Below, piece by piece: positions 9,280 through 19,869 of a stretch of DNA of 64,000 nt (the stretch's first letter is position 1; each line of letters opens with the position of its first letter). The DNA comes from an uncultured Actinomycetes bacterium (GTDB lineage: Bacteria > Actinomycetota > Acidimicrobiia > IMCC26256 > DASPTH01): the NCBI GenBank assembly GCA_963720765.1, contig CAVRGS010000013.1, forward strand, positions 470,467-534,466, written 5' to 3'. Under the pieces are notes generated by a model. It ran no database searches, was not told the origin of the DNA, and saw nothing but the letters and a program-made list of their open reading frames with translations. A program made the translations under genes and the position numbers.

Positions 9280-10275
9280 CTACCCGAGCTCGGGGAGCAC
9301 CAGGATCTTGCGGTGCTCCTTGGCCTCGGTCGAGCGCGCGGAACGCGTCGTTGGCGCCCGCGAGGCCGACCTTCTCGGTGACGAACGGCGCGGCGTCGAC
9401 CGCACCGCGCCCGAGCGCGTCGACCACGGAGAAGAACTCGCGGCGCGTGTAGTACACCGCGAAGGCCACGTTCAGCTCCTTGACCACCGCCTGGATGGGC
9501 ACGTACGGATCGGGGTGCGTGCAGACCCCCGCGATCACGATCCGGCCGTGCCGCGTCGCCGCGCCGACGCACACGTCGGTCATGCCGGGGAGTCCGACGC
9601 ACTCGACGACGAGGTCGTACCGAGGTTCGAGGGGTTCCGCGGTCGGGTCGATCGTGCGGGTGGCGCCGAACTCCTCGGCGGCTGCTCGCCGCACCGCGTG
9701 ACGGATCACTCACCACGAGCTCGCGTACGCCGAAGTGCGGCGAGCCACGTCATCACCGCGAGTCCGACCGGCCCGGCGCCGATCACGAGCGCTCGGTCGC
9801 CGGCGCGGGGGAGCGAGCGCTCGACCGCGTGCAACCCGACCGCGAGCGGTTCGACCAGCGCACCGAGATCGGGGGCCAGCGAGTCGGGGAGCGCGACCGT
9901 CTCGCGCTGTGGACGCGCACGTACTCGGCGAACGCACCCGCGCTGCCACCCACGCCCACGAGGTCCGCCTGCTCGCAGTCCGCGGGTTCTCCCGACACGC
10001 ACGCGAGGCACATGCCGCAGCCGAAGATCGGGAGCGCGGTGACGTGCTGGCCTTCGCGCCAGTCGCCCTGCGGGTCGGCGCCGACCGCGACGACCTCGCC
10101 GCAGAACTCGTGGCCCATCACCAATCCGGCGGGCATCATCGGCCGGAGCTTCAGGTCGGAGCCGCAGATCCCGCAGGCGGTGACTCGCAGCACCAGCTCG
10201 CCGGTTCCGGGCGAGGGATCGGCGACCTCGGCGACCTCGAGATCATGGGTGTCGTTCAGAGACGGCAGCACGCAT
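9280..10275 (-). pseudogene. Zinc-dependent alcohol dehydrogenase (MDR family) with at least four frame breaks
   Basis: CGICGSDLKL, GHEFCGEVVAVG, EPLAVGLHAV and VIGAGPVGL, together with the C-terminal ...NDAFRAL / EAKEHRKILVLPELG-stop, are spread over all three minus frames. Breaks near 9908, 9738, 9695 and 9345. The 5' end is uncertain (ATG 10275 or GTG 10271). Confidence 0.8.
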
Positions 10276-10306
10276 GGGCGGACTCTAGAACCGTAGGCTC
10301 GCCGCC

Positions 10307-11147
10307 GTGGTCGGTCTCCCTGTGCTCCTCGACGGCATCGGCTTCGGTGAGGGTCCGCGCTGGCACGACGGGCGGCTCTGGTTCTCCGACTTCCACCAGC
10401 ACACGGTGTCGAGTGTCGGTGACGATGGCGCGCGACGCCGTCGAGCTCGTGATCGACGAGCCGCCCAGCGGCCTGGGTTGGCTGCCCGACGGTCGTCTGC
10501 TCGTCGTGGCGATGGAGTCGCGCCGCGTGCTGCGCGTCGAAGCCGACGGTTCGGTCGTGACCCACGCCGACCTGTCGTCGATCGCCACCGGCAACTGCAA
10601 CGACATGGTCGTCGCCGTCGACGGCAGTGCCTACGTGGGCAACTTCGGCTTCGATCTCACCACCGGCGAGCCGCGTCGAGCCGCCGCGCTGGTGCGAGTT
10701 GCGCCCGACGGCGCGGTGTCGGCGGTGGCCGACGGACTCGAGTTCCCCAACGGCAGTGTCATCACGCCCGACGGGCGCACGCTGATCGTGGGGGAGACGA
10801 TGGCCCGGCGCGTCACCGCGTTCACCATCGCCGACGACGGGACGTTGCGCGATCGGCGCGTGTGGGCCGAGTTCGCCGACGTGCTGCCCGACGGATGCAC
10901 CCTCGATGCCGAAGGCGCGATCTGGTTCGCCGACGCCTCGAGCAGGGAGGTGGTCCGCGTTCGTGAGGGCGGTGAGATCGTCGACCGGGTCGACGCCGGG
11001 CAGCGCGTCTTCGCATGCGCGTTGGGCGGCGAGGACGGTCGCACGCTCTTCGTGCTCTGCGCCGACGGTGCGGGCGACGCCACGGCCGCGCCGACCGGCA
11101 CCCTCCGGACCCACCGGGTCGAAGTCCCGCACGCCGGACTGCCGTAA
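10307..11147 (+). pseudogene. SMP-30 / gluconolactonase / LRE family protein with one frame break
   Basis: VVGLPVLLDGIGFGEGPRWHDGRLWFSDFHQHTVSSVGDDG (frame 10307) joins ARDAVELVIDEPPSGLGWLPDGRLL...EFPNGSVITPDGRTL...PDGCTLDAEGAIWFAD (frame 9735). The join is near 10430. Confidence 0.8.
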
Positions 11148-11149
11148 CG

Positions 11150-13740
11150 ATGTCGGATCTGCCCACCGGAACGGTCACGTTCCTGTTCACCGACATCGAG
11201 GGTTCCACGCGATTGTGGGAAGAGCATCCCGAGGAGATGCAGGTCGCGCTCGCTCGGCACGACGCGATCCTCACGCGACGCGGTCGCGAGCTCGGGGCGG
11301 CACCGTGGTGAAGACGACCGGTGACGGCATCCACGCGGTGTTCCCTGTCGCCGACGGACGGGATCCAGGCCGCGGTCGAGGGTCAGCAGGCGCTCGCAGC
11401 GGAGTCGTGGGGCGAGACCGGTCCGATCCGGGTGCGCATGGGACTTCACACGGGGGTCGCCGAGCAGCGCGACGGCGACTACTACGGGTCGGTCCTCGAA
11501 CCGCGCCGCCCGCCTGATGAGCGTGGCCCATGGAGGTCAGGTCGTCGTCTCGCATCTCACCAAGCAGCTGGTCCGTGATTCGCTCGGGACCGACGTGGAG
11601 CTCGTCGACCTCGGTGAGCACCGTCTGCCGCGACCTCGCCGAACCGATGCACGTGTTCCAGGTGACGCACCGCGACCTCGAGCGCACGTTCCCACCGCTG
11701 CGCTCGACTCGACGTCGCCAGCGGCAACCTGCCCGTGCAGATCAGCTCGTTCGTCGGGCGTGACCTCGACCTGAAGCGCCTGCACGACCTCGTCGAGTCG
11801 AAGCGGCTCCTCACACTGACCGGGGTCGGCGGGGTGGGGAAGACCCGCCTCGCCCTCCAGGCTGCGATCGACGCACAACCGAGCTTCCCCGGGGGCGCGT
11901 GGCTCGCCGAGCTCGCGCGCACCGGCGATCCCGATGCCGTCGCGTCCGTGGTCGGGACCGCGCTGGGCGCGCCGGCCATCCCCGGTCGCGACCGACGTGG
12001 ACGTCGTGTGCGAGTACCTCGGCGCGACGCGAAGCATCCTCGTGCTCGACAACTGCGAGCACGTGCTCGACGCGGCTGCGGACCTGGTCTCGGCCGCGCT
12101 CGACCGCTGCCCGAACCTGGTGGTGCTGGCCACGAGTCGCGAGCCACTCGACCTCGAGGGCGAGCAGGTCGTTCCGGTCCGCCCGCTCGACGCCGCGACC
12201 GACGCGGTGCTGCTCTTCGTCGAACACGCGCAGAGTGTCGACCCGGAGTTCGTCCTGCGAGGGTGACGTCGTCACGGCGGTCGAGGAGATCTGCGCACGC
12301 CTCGACGGCGTGCCGCTGGCGGTCGAGCTCGCGGCAGCTCGCGTCGACACGATGGCACCGGCCGACATCGCGGCGCGGCTCGACGACCGGTTCCGGCTGC
12401 TCTCGTCGGGTCGGCGGCGCTCGGTGGATCGCCACCAGACCCTCAAGGCGACGTTGGAGTGGTCGCACCAGCTCCTCGACGACGAGGAGCAGACACTGCT
12501 CCGGCGTCTCGGCGTGTTCGCCGGGGGGTTCACCAGCGACGCGGCCCGCTCGGTCTGCGGCGACGACCTCGCACTGGCGTCGCTCGTGCGCAAGTCGCTC
12601 GTGCAGTTCGAGCGGGATCCGGCGCCGGGCCGCTACCGCCTGTTGGAGACCGTGCGCGCATTCGCGCTGGAGCAGCTCGCCGCGCACGACGAGGCCGAGC
12701 CATTCGGGCGTAGGCACGCAGAGTGGATGACGACCTTCCTGGATCACTCGATCGAGGACTGGAGCGTCGCCGGCGGCGTGCATCGGCGATCGCTCACCGA
12801 GGAGCACGACAACTGGCGGGAAGCCGTGATGTTCGCCGTCGACGCCGGTGATCCCGATCTCGGGTTCCGGGTCGCCGGGTTGCACACCCGGGCAGCTGCC
12901 GAGCCCGAGACGGGGCGGTGGACCGCGAGCGTGATGACGATCGACGGGATCGACCGGCAACCCGGTGCCTTCTGGATGCACTACTCGATGGCCTGTGCCT
13001 GCGCGTCCGCGAACGACTTCGCCGCGCTCGCCCATCACGTCGCGGCATTCAACGGTGCCACCGACGATCCGCACGCCCGGTCCTGGATGGCTCCGTTCGA
13101 TGCCATCCTTGCGACGGTCGACGGGCGCGACGCGGCGCAGGTCCTGGCCGACGCCGTCGCGGTCCCTGGCCTGTCGGCCCTCGAACGGGCCAACCTGCAC
13201 CTGTATGACACGCTGGTCCGCAACCTCCCTCCGGCCATCGACCCCGACGCGCGCGGCTCGCGGTGCAGACCTGCACCGCGGCGAACCACGGGGGACTTGC
13301 GGTGACCTACACGTTCCTGGCGATGTCGCTGCGCGAGTCCGATCCCGACGGCGCGCTGGCAGCGTTGCGACACGCCGAGGAGCTCGCCGAGGAGACCGAC
13401 GACAGCTTCATCATCGCGTCGGCGTCGGCGTGGGGTTCGCTCGCCCTGCTCGGTCTGCCGACCGCCGTCGCCGCGGCCCATCTGGCCGAACGCCTCGACC
13501 GGTTGCAGCCGCACTTCGGCAACGCGGCCGCGGCGCTGCTCACGCTGTGCCTCTGCCTGTTGCGGGGCGCTGGTGACGCGGCGGCCGAACCGCTCCACGC
13601 GTACTTGTTCTCGATGCCGACCGGTGCGAGCGTGGCGCGCACGCTCGCACTCGACCTCCCGGATCCCGACCCGTTGGCGGTGCCGTCGAGCACCTTCGAA
13701 GATGCGGATCGCGACGGCTCGCGCCGCTCTGTGCGAACTA
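11150..13740 (+). pseudogene. Class III adenylate/guanylate cyclase domain fused to a STAND (NB-ARC/AAA-type) ATPase and helical-repeat C-terminal region, with at least nine frame breaks
   Basis: Cyclase motifs TVTFLFTDIEGSTRLWE, VKTTGDGIHAVF and RMGLHTGVAE..GDYYGSV. Walker A LTGVGGVGKTRLA and Walker B-like ILVLDNCEH. Long alpha-helical tail (...LLETVRAFALEQL...). Pieces lie in track ORFs 11015, 10906, 11321, 11517, 11530, 11735, 11934, 11899 and 13263. The 3' end is only approximate. Confidence 0.78.
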
Positions 13741-14709
13741 GCCGTCGAGGCCGAGCGCGCGTCGTAGCACGACGAAGCGCTCCACGCCCTCGCGCTGCGT
13801 GACCGCGGCACCCGTGACCATGCCCGAGCCGTGGAACGTGCCCGGGAACGAGTGGAGCTCGACCGACACGCCGGCCGCGAGCATCTTCAGCGCGTAGATG
13901 ATGCCTTCGTCGCGCAGCGGGTCGAACTCCATCGTCGACACGTACGCGGGCGGCAAGCCCGCGAGATCGGTGGCGCGGGACGGTGCCGCGTAGGGCGACA
14001 CGTCGTCGGTGCCGTAGGCGTCGCCGAGATACCACTGCCAGCTCTGGACCGCCTGCGGGCGCGACCACATCGGCGTGTCGGCGAAGCGCTGCATGCTCGG
14101 CGTGTCGAGCGTGTCGTCGAGCTCGGGGATGCCGAGGTACTGGAAGCAGATCGCGGGACCGCCGCGGTCACGTGCGAGCAACGCGAGCCCGGCCGCGAGT
14201 CCGCCGCCCGCGCTCCCGCCGTTGACCGCGACCCGCGCCGGGTCGACGCCGAGCGCGTCGGCCTGTTCGTGCAACCACACGAGCGCGGCGTAACAGTCCT
14301 CGATCCCGGCGGGGAAGGGATGCTCGGGCGCCAGGCGGTACTCGACCGACACCACGACCACACCGAGCTCCTGCGCCAGGCGCGCCGAGCCCCCGTGCTC
14401 GGTGTCGATGCTGCCGACGTAGAACCCGCCGCCGTGGATGTAGAGGATCGCAGGCACGGTCGCGATCGACCGCTCCTTCGGTGCGTAGACCCGCACGGTC
14501 ACATCGGGTGCACCGGCAGGGCCCGGAATGCTCCGGTTGCCGATGTCGAGACCGGACTCGTCGACGTCGATCGACAGCGACGCCATCAGCTCGGCCATCA
14601 TCTCCCGGGCCTCCACCGCACTCGTGGGCGGTGCGTTCACCGACACCGCGGCCATGGGGGCCAGCTCCGGGTCGAACGCGTAGGCGGGTGTGACAGGATG
14701 CTCGGACAT
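13738..14709 (-). CDS. Alpha/beta hydrolase, hormone-sensitive-lipase-type esterase
   Basis: Intact 323 aa with the HGGGF oxyanion motif (ILYIHGGGFYVGS) and nucleophile elbow GGSAGGGLA. Confidence 0.9.
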   Translation of the reverse strand: MSEHPVTPAYAFDPELAPMAAVSVNAPPTSAVEAREMMAELMASLSIDVDESGLDIGNRSIPGPAGAPDVTVRVYAPKERSIATVPAILYIHGGGFYVGSIDTEHGGSARLAQELGVVVVSVEYRLAPEHPFPAGIEDCYAALVWLHEQADALGVDPARVAVNGGSAGGGLAAGLALLARDRGGPAICFQYLGIPELDDTLDTPSMQRFADTPMWSRPQAVQSWQWYLGDAYGTDDVSPYAAPSRATDLAGLPPAYVSTMEFDPLRDEGIIYALKMLAAGVSVELHSFPGTFHGSGMVTGAAVTQREGVERFVVLRRALGLDG

Positions 14710-14735
14710 CTCGGAATCGTAAGGGGACGGTCATC

Positions 14736-15770
14736 GTGGCGCACTTCGAAGAGCTGGGCTTCTACACGCTCGCCGGCGCGCCGGAGTCGACGCGCGACCT
14801 CATCACCGAGGTGCGGCGCGCCGAGGAGCTCGGCCTCGGTCACTGCTTCATCTCGGAGCGCTTCAACGTGAAGGAGGCGGCCACCGTGTCGGGCGCGGTG
14901 GGTGCGGTGAGCGAGCGCATCGCGATCGCGACCGCGGCGACCAACCACCACACCCGTCACCCCACGATCACCGCCGCCTACGCGTCGACCATGCACAGCC
15001 TCACCGGTGGTCGGTTCACGCTCGGGCTCGGCCGCGGTGTCGACCGGCTCTGGGACGCGATGGGTCTGCCGCACATCACCACCGCGCAGTTGGAGGACTT
15101 CGCCGGCCTCATGAAGCGGTTGTGGGCGGGGGAGATGGTCCTCGGTCACGACGGTCCCGCGGGATCGTGGCCGTACCTCAACCTCGACGGCATCGAGGGC
15201 CTCGACATCCCGCTCGGTCTCGTCGCCTTCGGCCCCAACTCGCTGCAGCTCGGTGGCCGCGCCTTCGACCAGGTGGTGCTGCACACCTTCTTCACCGACG
15301 AGACAACTGCACGCGTGGTGAAGACGGTGAAGGACTCCGCGGAGCAGGCCGGTCGCGACCCCGACTCGGTGAAGGTGTGGTCGTGCTTCGCGACGGTGGG
15401 CGACCACATCGCCCCCGATCTCCAGCTCAAGAAGACGGTCGGGCGTCTCGCCACCTACCTCACCGGGTACGGCGACCTCCTCGTGCGCACCAACAACTGG
15501 GATCCCGCGGTGCTCGAGCGCTTTCGGGCCGACGAGTTCGTGAGCAACTTCAAGGGTGCGATCGATCGAGCCGCCACGACCGAGGAGCTCGAGCACGTCG
15601 CCACGCTCATCCCCGACGAGTGGATGGAGCCGATGGCGAAGGGCACGCCCGAGCAGTGCGTCGCCGCGGTGCGCAACCAGTTCGACCTCGGGTGCGACGG
15701 CGTGATCATGCACGGCGCCACCCCCGACGAGCTCGAACCCGTGATCAAGGCCTACGCCGCCAGCGCGTGA
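14736..15770 (+). CDS. Luciferase-like monooxygenase family (LLM class, probably F420-dependent) oxidoreductase
   Basis: Intact 344 aa. N-terminus FEELGFYTLAGAPESTRDLITEVRRAEELGLGHCFISERFN... is typical of actinobacterial LLM oxidoreductases. Confidence 0.85.
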   Translation: MAHFEELGFYTLAGAPESTRDLITEVRRAEELGLGHCFISERFNVKEAATVSGAVGAVSERIAIATAATNHHTRHPTITAAYASTMHSLTGGRFTLGLGRGVDRLWDAMGLPHITTAQLEDFAGLMKRLWAGEMVLGHDGPAGSWPYLNLDGIEGLDIPLGLVAFGPNSLQLGGRAFDQVVLHTFFTDETTARVVKTVKDSAEQAGRDPDSVKVWSCFATVGDHIAPDLQLKKTVGRLATYLTGYGDLLVRTNNWDPAVLERFRADEFVSNFKGAIDRAATTEELEHVATLIPDEWMEPMAKGTPEQCVAAVRNQFDLGCDGVIMHGATPDELEPVIKAYAASA

Positions 15771-15828
15771 TCAGCACCTGACCGCCACGCGGCAATCATC
15801 CGCGTCTGTAGGTCCGGGTCGGGTGGGC

Positions 15829-16592
15829 TCAGTCCGGGAGTTGCAACAGCGTGCGCGGTCGAACCCACATGGAGTCGATCTGCGCGCGACTCCGCAGCAC
15901 GTCGACGAGCGCCGACGCCTGATCGTCGGGAGTGAGCTGCTCCTGGGCGAGATAGCCCGCGCTCGCCACTCGTTCTGGAACTGTTCGATCCGATCCGGCT
16001 GCGGCTTCTCGGCGCTGGCGAAGAACGACGTGCCCGACGTGGAACCGACGACCATCGTCGTGAAGCGCACGGTCGGGTGCTCCAACTTCCACACCTGCAC
16101 CGACTTCTCCAATGCGGCCTTGCTTGCCGCGTACAAGCCCATCCCTGCCCACGGAGGTGTCACGTGCGCCGACACGCTGGAGAAGAACACCGCGATCCCC
16201 TCGGTCGCAGCGAGATGCTCGACGGCCGCCGCCGTCACCAGGCCTGCACCGATCACATTGGTTTCGAAGACGCTGCGCCAGTGCTCCGGCGTTGCGTCTC
16301 GGAGCTCGGTCACCACGGCGACTCCCGGCGCGTACACCAGCGCATCGAGTCCACCGAGATGGTCGATGCACTCGGTGACCACGGCGCGACACGAGCGCGG
16401 GTCGCGGACATCGCATCTCGCGGCTCGTACGCCGTGGGGGAGTTCGTGGGCCTTCGGCATCGAACGGGCGGCAGCCACGACCCGCGCGCCGTCGCGGGCG
16501 AGGCGATCAGTGAACGCGGCTCCGAGTCCCTTCGACGCCCCGATGATCAGAACGCGATGGTTCGCAAGCGCGCTCGCATCCACCCGGGCCAC
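15829..16592 (-). pseudogene. SDR family oxidoreductase with one frame break near the 3' end
   Basis: VLIIGASKGLGAAF and YAASKAALEKSV motifs are in frame 15771..16592. The plausible C-terminus GYLAQEQLTPDDQASALVDVLRSRAQIDSMWVRPRTLLQLPD-stop is in frame 15829..16416. Deletion-type step near 15960. Confidence 0.75.
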
Positions 16593-16598
16593 GGGGAT

Positions 16599-17021
16599 TC
16601 AGTCGTCGTAGAGGCGTCCGCCGTGCACGGCGAGCGCGTAGATCACGAGGATGTCGACCAGGATGATGATCGCCGACCAGAACGGGTAGTGCGCCAGGAA
16701 CCCGAGCTGCAGGATCGAGTTGCCGATCGCAGCGACGAGTCCGACGATCCGCCCGAACTGGTTGCCGGCGAAGATCAGTCCGCCGGAGATGAGCAGCAGC
16801 AGTCCCCACGCGAACACGATCCAACCCCACGTCTTGAGGTCGTTCGTGATGGGGAGCTGGTCGGTGCCACCGGCCTTCGCGAAGTAGCCCTGATCGGTGA
16901 TCGCGACCAACCCGTCGGCGACGTTGAACGCGCCGACCACGATGATCATCAAACCGGCGAACATCTTCCAGCCGATGCCCTCGGCCGCGCGCATGTCGTG
17001 CTCGCTCTGACCGACTGCCAT
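16599..17021 (-). CDS. Integral membrane protein (HdeD/DUF308-like four-TM protein)
   Basis: Start at ATG 17021 (MAVGQSEHDMRAAEGIGWKMFAGLMIIVVGAFNV...). Four hydrophobic segments. A G-rich Shine-Dalgarno lies upstream. Confidence 0.7.
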   Translation of the reverse strand: MAVGQSEHDMRAAEGIGWKMFAGLMIIVVGAFNVADGLVAITDQGYFAKAGGTDQLPITNDLKTWGWIVFAWGLLLLISGGLIFAGNQFGRIVGLVAAIGNSILQLGFLAHYPFWSAIIILVDILVIYALAVHGGRLYDD

Positions 17022-17094
17022 GGTTCCCCCCGTTCGACGTGTGGTGCGCATACTGGCCGAGACCGTCACCATTTGTCGATGCGGGGCGGTGCCC

Positions 17095-17781
17095 CTACGC
17101 GCTGGCGGCTTGCTTGATCAGCTCGGCGACTTCGTCAGGATGCGATGTCATCGCCACGTGGCTCGACGGGAGCTCGATGGTCGTCGCTCCCATCCGGCTG
17201 GCGAACAGTCGCTCGGCGTCGGCCGGGATGGCCTCGTCGTTCTGCGCCACCACGAACCAGGTCGGGACCTGCTTCCACGCGGGCACGCCCATCACGTCAC
17301 CGAGGGTCGATGCGGCCAGCGGTTGCTGCACCGCGAACATGACGTTTGCCTCGGCCGGTGCCACGTCGGCGGCGAAGTGGTTGACGAAGTCGTCTTGCGG
17401 CAACCACGCGTATCCGGACTCGTCGATCACCAGGTGCGCGAGCGCAGGGGTCGGCTCGCCCTGTGCGAGCAATCCGCCGATCGACTCGCCCTCGTCGAGT
17501 CCGAAGGCCGCCACGTAGACGATCGCCTTGACGTCCCGGACGTCGTCGCCCAGTGCAGTGATGATCTGTCCGCCGTAGGAGTGACCCGCGAGCACTGTCG
17601 GCCCTTCCTGCAGCGCGAGCACCTGACGCAGGCGCGCCACGTTGTCGGCAAGTGACGTGTGCGGGAATTGCGGGGCGACGACGTGGTACCCGTCGGCTTG
17701 CAGGTTGCGGATCACTCCGCTCCAGCACGAGCCGTCGGCCCACGCGCCGTGCACGAGGACGATGTTCGGAAGATCAGCCAT
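17095..17781 (-). CDS. Alpha/beta hydrolase
   Basis: Intact 228 aa. Contains IVLVHGAWADGSCW and the nucleophile elbow LAGHSYGG. Confidence 0.87.
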   Translation of the reverse strand: MADLPNIVLVHGAWADGSCWSGVIRNLQADGYHVVAPQFPHTSLADNVARLRQVLALQEGPTVLAGHSYGGQIITALGDDVRDVKAIVYVAAFGLDEGESIGGLLAQGEPTPALAHLVIDESGYAWLPQDDFVNHFAADVAPAEANVMFAVQQPLAASTLGDVMGVPAWKQVPTWFVVAQNDEAIPADAERLFASRMGATTIELPSSHVAMTSHPDEVAELIKQAASA

Positions 17782-17919
17782 GCGGAGCTCCTACGGGGGA
17801 TGGCGGAAATTTGGGGAAGGGGGATCGTCCCACCGCACGGCGCGCTGGTACAAGCGTGCGTTCATGGAGGGGACAGCGTCCGGTGTGACAGCGCCGGTGC
17901 CACGAGGTCACCATCTGGC

Positions 17920-19005
17920 ATGGATTTCGAGGTGGGACTCGCAGAGAGCGCGGAGGACAAGGAGGCCGTCTACCGCTTCCGGTACTCGGTCTATGTCGAG
18001 GAGATGGGTCGCTACCAGGAGAGCGCCGATCACGCCGGCCGTCGACTGGTCGAAGCCGAGGACGACGACAGCTTCGTCTTCTACGCGCGCGAGGGTGGCA
18101 CGGTCGTCGGCACCGCGCGTCTCAGTTGGGGCGGCAACGGCTTCTCCGCGCGTCAGGTCGACGAGTACAGCCTGGCCCCGTTCCTCGACGAGTTGCCGCA
18201 CGAGCACATCGCAGTGGGGGAACGGGTCATGGTGGTGCCTCGGCTGCGCGGGACCGGCCTCGTCGACGAGTTGATGAACCGGCGAAACGACGCCGCGCTG
18301 GAACACGACGTGCGCATCCAGTTCAGCGCGTGCGAACCGCACCTCCTCTCGTTGTACCTCGGGCAGGGCCGCCGCACCTACGCGGCGAAGAACATCAACA
18401 CCCCGGAGGCGGGGTACCTGATCCCACTGGTCGCGTTCCCCGAGGGTCCGGAGTCGTTGACCGGTGTGGGTGCCCGCACCGCAGCCGGTGAGCTCCCCGA
18501 CTGCGTCGCGCAGATCTTCGAGGGAGGCGGGGGCGCGGTGCTGAGCCCGCTCATGACGGGCGAGGACGACTACGAATCGCGCCTGCGATCCGCCATGCAC
18601 GAGATCGAGGCGCAGGACATCTCGGCGTTCCACGGGTTCACCGACGAAGAGGTCGAGCGCTGCCTGGCGCGCAGCAACGTGATCGAGTGCGCCAAGGGTG
18701 ACCGGGTGTTGAAGAAGGGCGGCGCCGCGCGGAACATCTTCGTGGTCCTCGACGGCACGCTCGAAGCCCGCGACGGGGATCAACTCGTCGGCGTCATCCG
18801 GACCGGCGAGGTGTTCGGTGAGATGGCGTTCCTGCTCGAGCGCCCGCGCACGCTCGACGTCGATGCGGCGAGCGACTCGGTGCGCGTGCTCAGCCTCAGT
18901 GAGAGCACGATCCGCAAGATGGTCTCCGAGGACCCCGGCGTCGCCGCCAAGCTCCTCTTCAACGTCGCCAAGATGCTCTGCGTCCGCATCGTGAAGGCGA
19001 GCTGA
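17920..19005 (+). CDS. GNAT-fold acyltransferase-like domain (FeeM / N-acyl amino acid synthase-like) fused to a C-terminal cyclic-nucleotide-binding domain
   Basis: ATG 17920 (MDFEVGLAESAEDKEAVYRFRYSVYVEEMG...) is in frame with track ORF 17659..19005. The C-terminal ~120 aa carry the cNMP-binding signature (RNIFVVLDGTLEA...GEVFGEMAFLLERPRTLDV). Confidence 0.78.
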   Translation: MDFEVGLAESAEDKEAVYRFRYSVYVEEMGRYQESADHAGRRLVEAEDDDSFVFYAREGGTVVGTARLSWGGNGFSARQVDEYSLAPFLDELPHEHIAVGERVMVVPRLRGTGLVDELMNRRNDAALEHDVRIQFSACEPHLLSLYLGQGRRTYAAKNINTPEAGYLIPLVAFPEGPESLTGVGARTAAGELPDCVAQIFEGGGGAVLSPLMTGEDDYESRLRSAMHEIEAQDISAFHGFTDEEVERCLARSNVIECAKGDRVLKKGGAARNIFVVLDGTLEARDGDQLVGVIRTGEVFGEMAFLLERPRTLDVDAASDSVRVLSLSESTIRKMVSEDPGVAAKLLFNVAKMLCVRIVKAS

Positions 19006-19020
19006 GTCACCCGCGATGGC

Positions 19021-19869
19021 TCAGCCCTTCAACGCCTTGCCGATCAGCGCCGCCATCTTCTGATGACCGAGCGCGGTCGGGTGGTAGGCGAAGCCGTCGG
19101 TCGCCTCTTTGCCGGCGGTCCACTGTTGCCCCGCGGACGCGCAGGCGGTGTGATCGCCGCGTTGGGCGTACGGATCGGCGAGCAGCACGCCGGCCTTCTT
19201 CGCTGCCGCGACCAGGGCCTTCTCGACCGTCGCGCCCATCTGCTGGAGGATCGCGAGCTCCTCGTCGGTCATCGACAGTGCGGGGCAGTTCGCCTTCGGG
19301 AACTCGCGCGGATACGTCACGACGACGATCGTCGCCTTGGGGGCCCTTGCCTTGACCGCCGCGAGCATCGTGTCGAGCTTCCCGGGCAGCGCGGCCTCGT
19401 CCGCCGCCAACGTGGGCGGCGCGGTGCAGACCGTCGTCGGGTCACCGCACGCCAGCGCGGTGCCGTTGTATCCGATGTCGTTGCCGCCCAGACCGATCGT
19501 GATCAGCTTCGTGTCCGCGGTGAACGCGTCGAGCTGTGGGGGATTGGTGCCCTGAGGCTGGTCTGCGATGTTGGGGACGACCGCACCGCCGCAACTCACG
19601 TCGACGAGTTGCAGCCCGTACTTGGCCGCGACCAGCGGCCCGTAGGCCTTGTCGGAACGGCCGCAAGTGGGGGACTGGTCGGCGATGCCGAATCCGGACG
19701 CCAGGGAACTTCCCAGTGAGACGTAGACGGCCCCCTTGTTCAGCTTCACCGCTTTGGCAGGGGCGTTCGATGCGGTCGATGCGCCGGCACGATCGGTCGA
19801 GCTGCTCGGCCACGTGACGGCACCGAGCACCATTCCTGCGAAGGCAACCAGTACCGCCAGTCGCTTCAT
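19021..19869 (-). CDS. Secreted SGNH/GDSL hydrolase (lipase/esterase)
   Basis: Signal peptide MKRLAVLVAFAGMVLGAV. Block I YVSLGSSLASG and block III GLGGNDIGY. Intact 282 aa. Confidence 0.87.
   Translation of the reverse strand: MKRLAVLVAFAGMVLGAVTWPSSSTDRAGASTASNAPAKAVKLNKGAVYVSLGSSLASGFGIADQSPTCGRSDKAYGPLVAAKYGLQLVDVSCGGAVVPNIADQPQGTNPPQLDAFTADTKLITIGLGGNDIGYNGTALACGDPTTVCTAPPTLAADEAALPGKLDTMLAAVKARAPKATIVVVTYPREFPKANCPALSMTDEELAILQQMGATVEKALVAAAKKAGVLLADPYAQRGDHTACASAGQQWTAGKEATDGFAYHPTALGHQKMAALIGKALKG

Noticed and set aside
7228-13740. Programmed ribosomal frameshifting or transcriptional slippage as an explanation for the frame breaks.
   Set aside because: There are far too many events per gene (up to 9). 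They occur in unrelated housekeeping-type enzymes. I saw no common slippery heptamer or downstream structure at the sites inspected.
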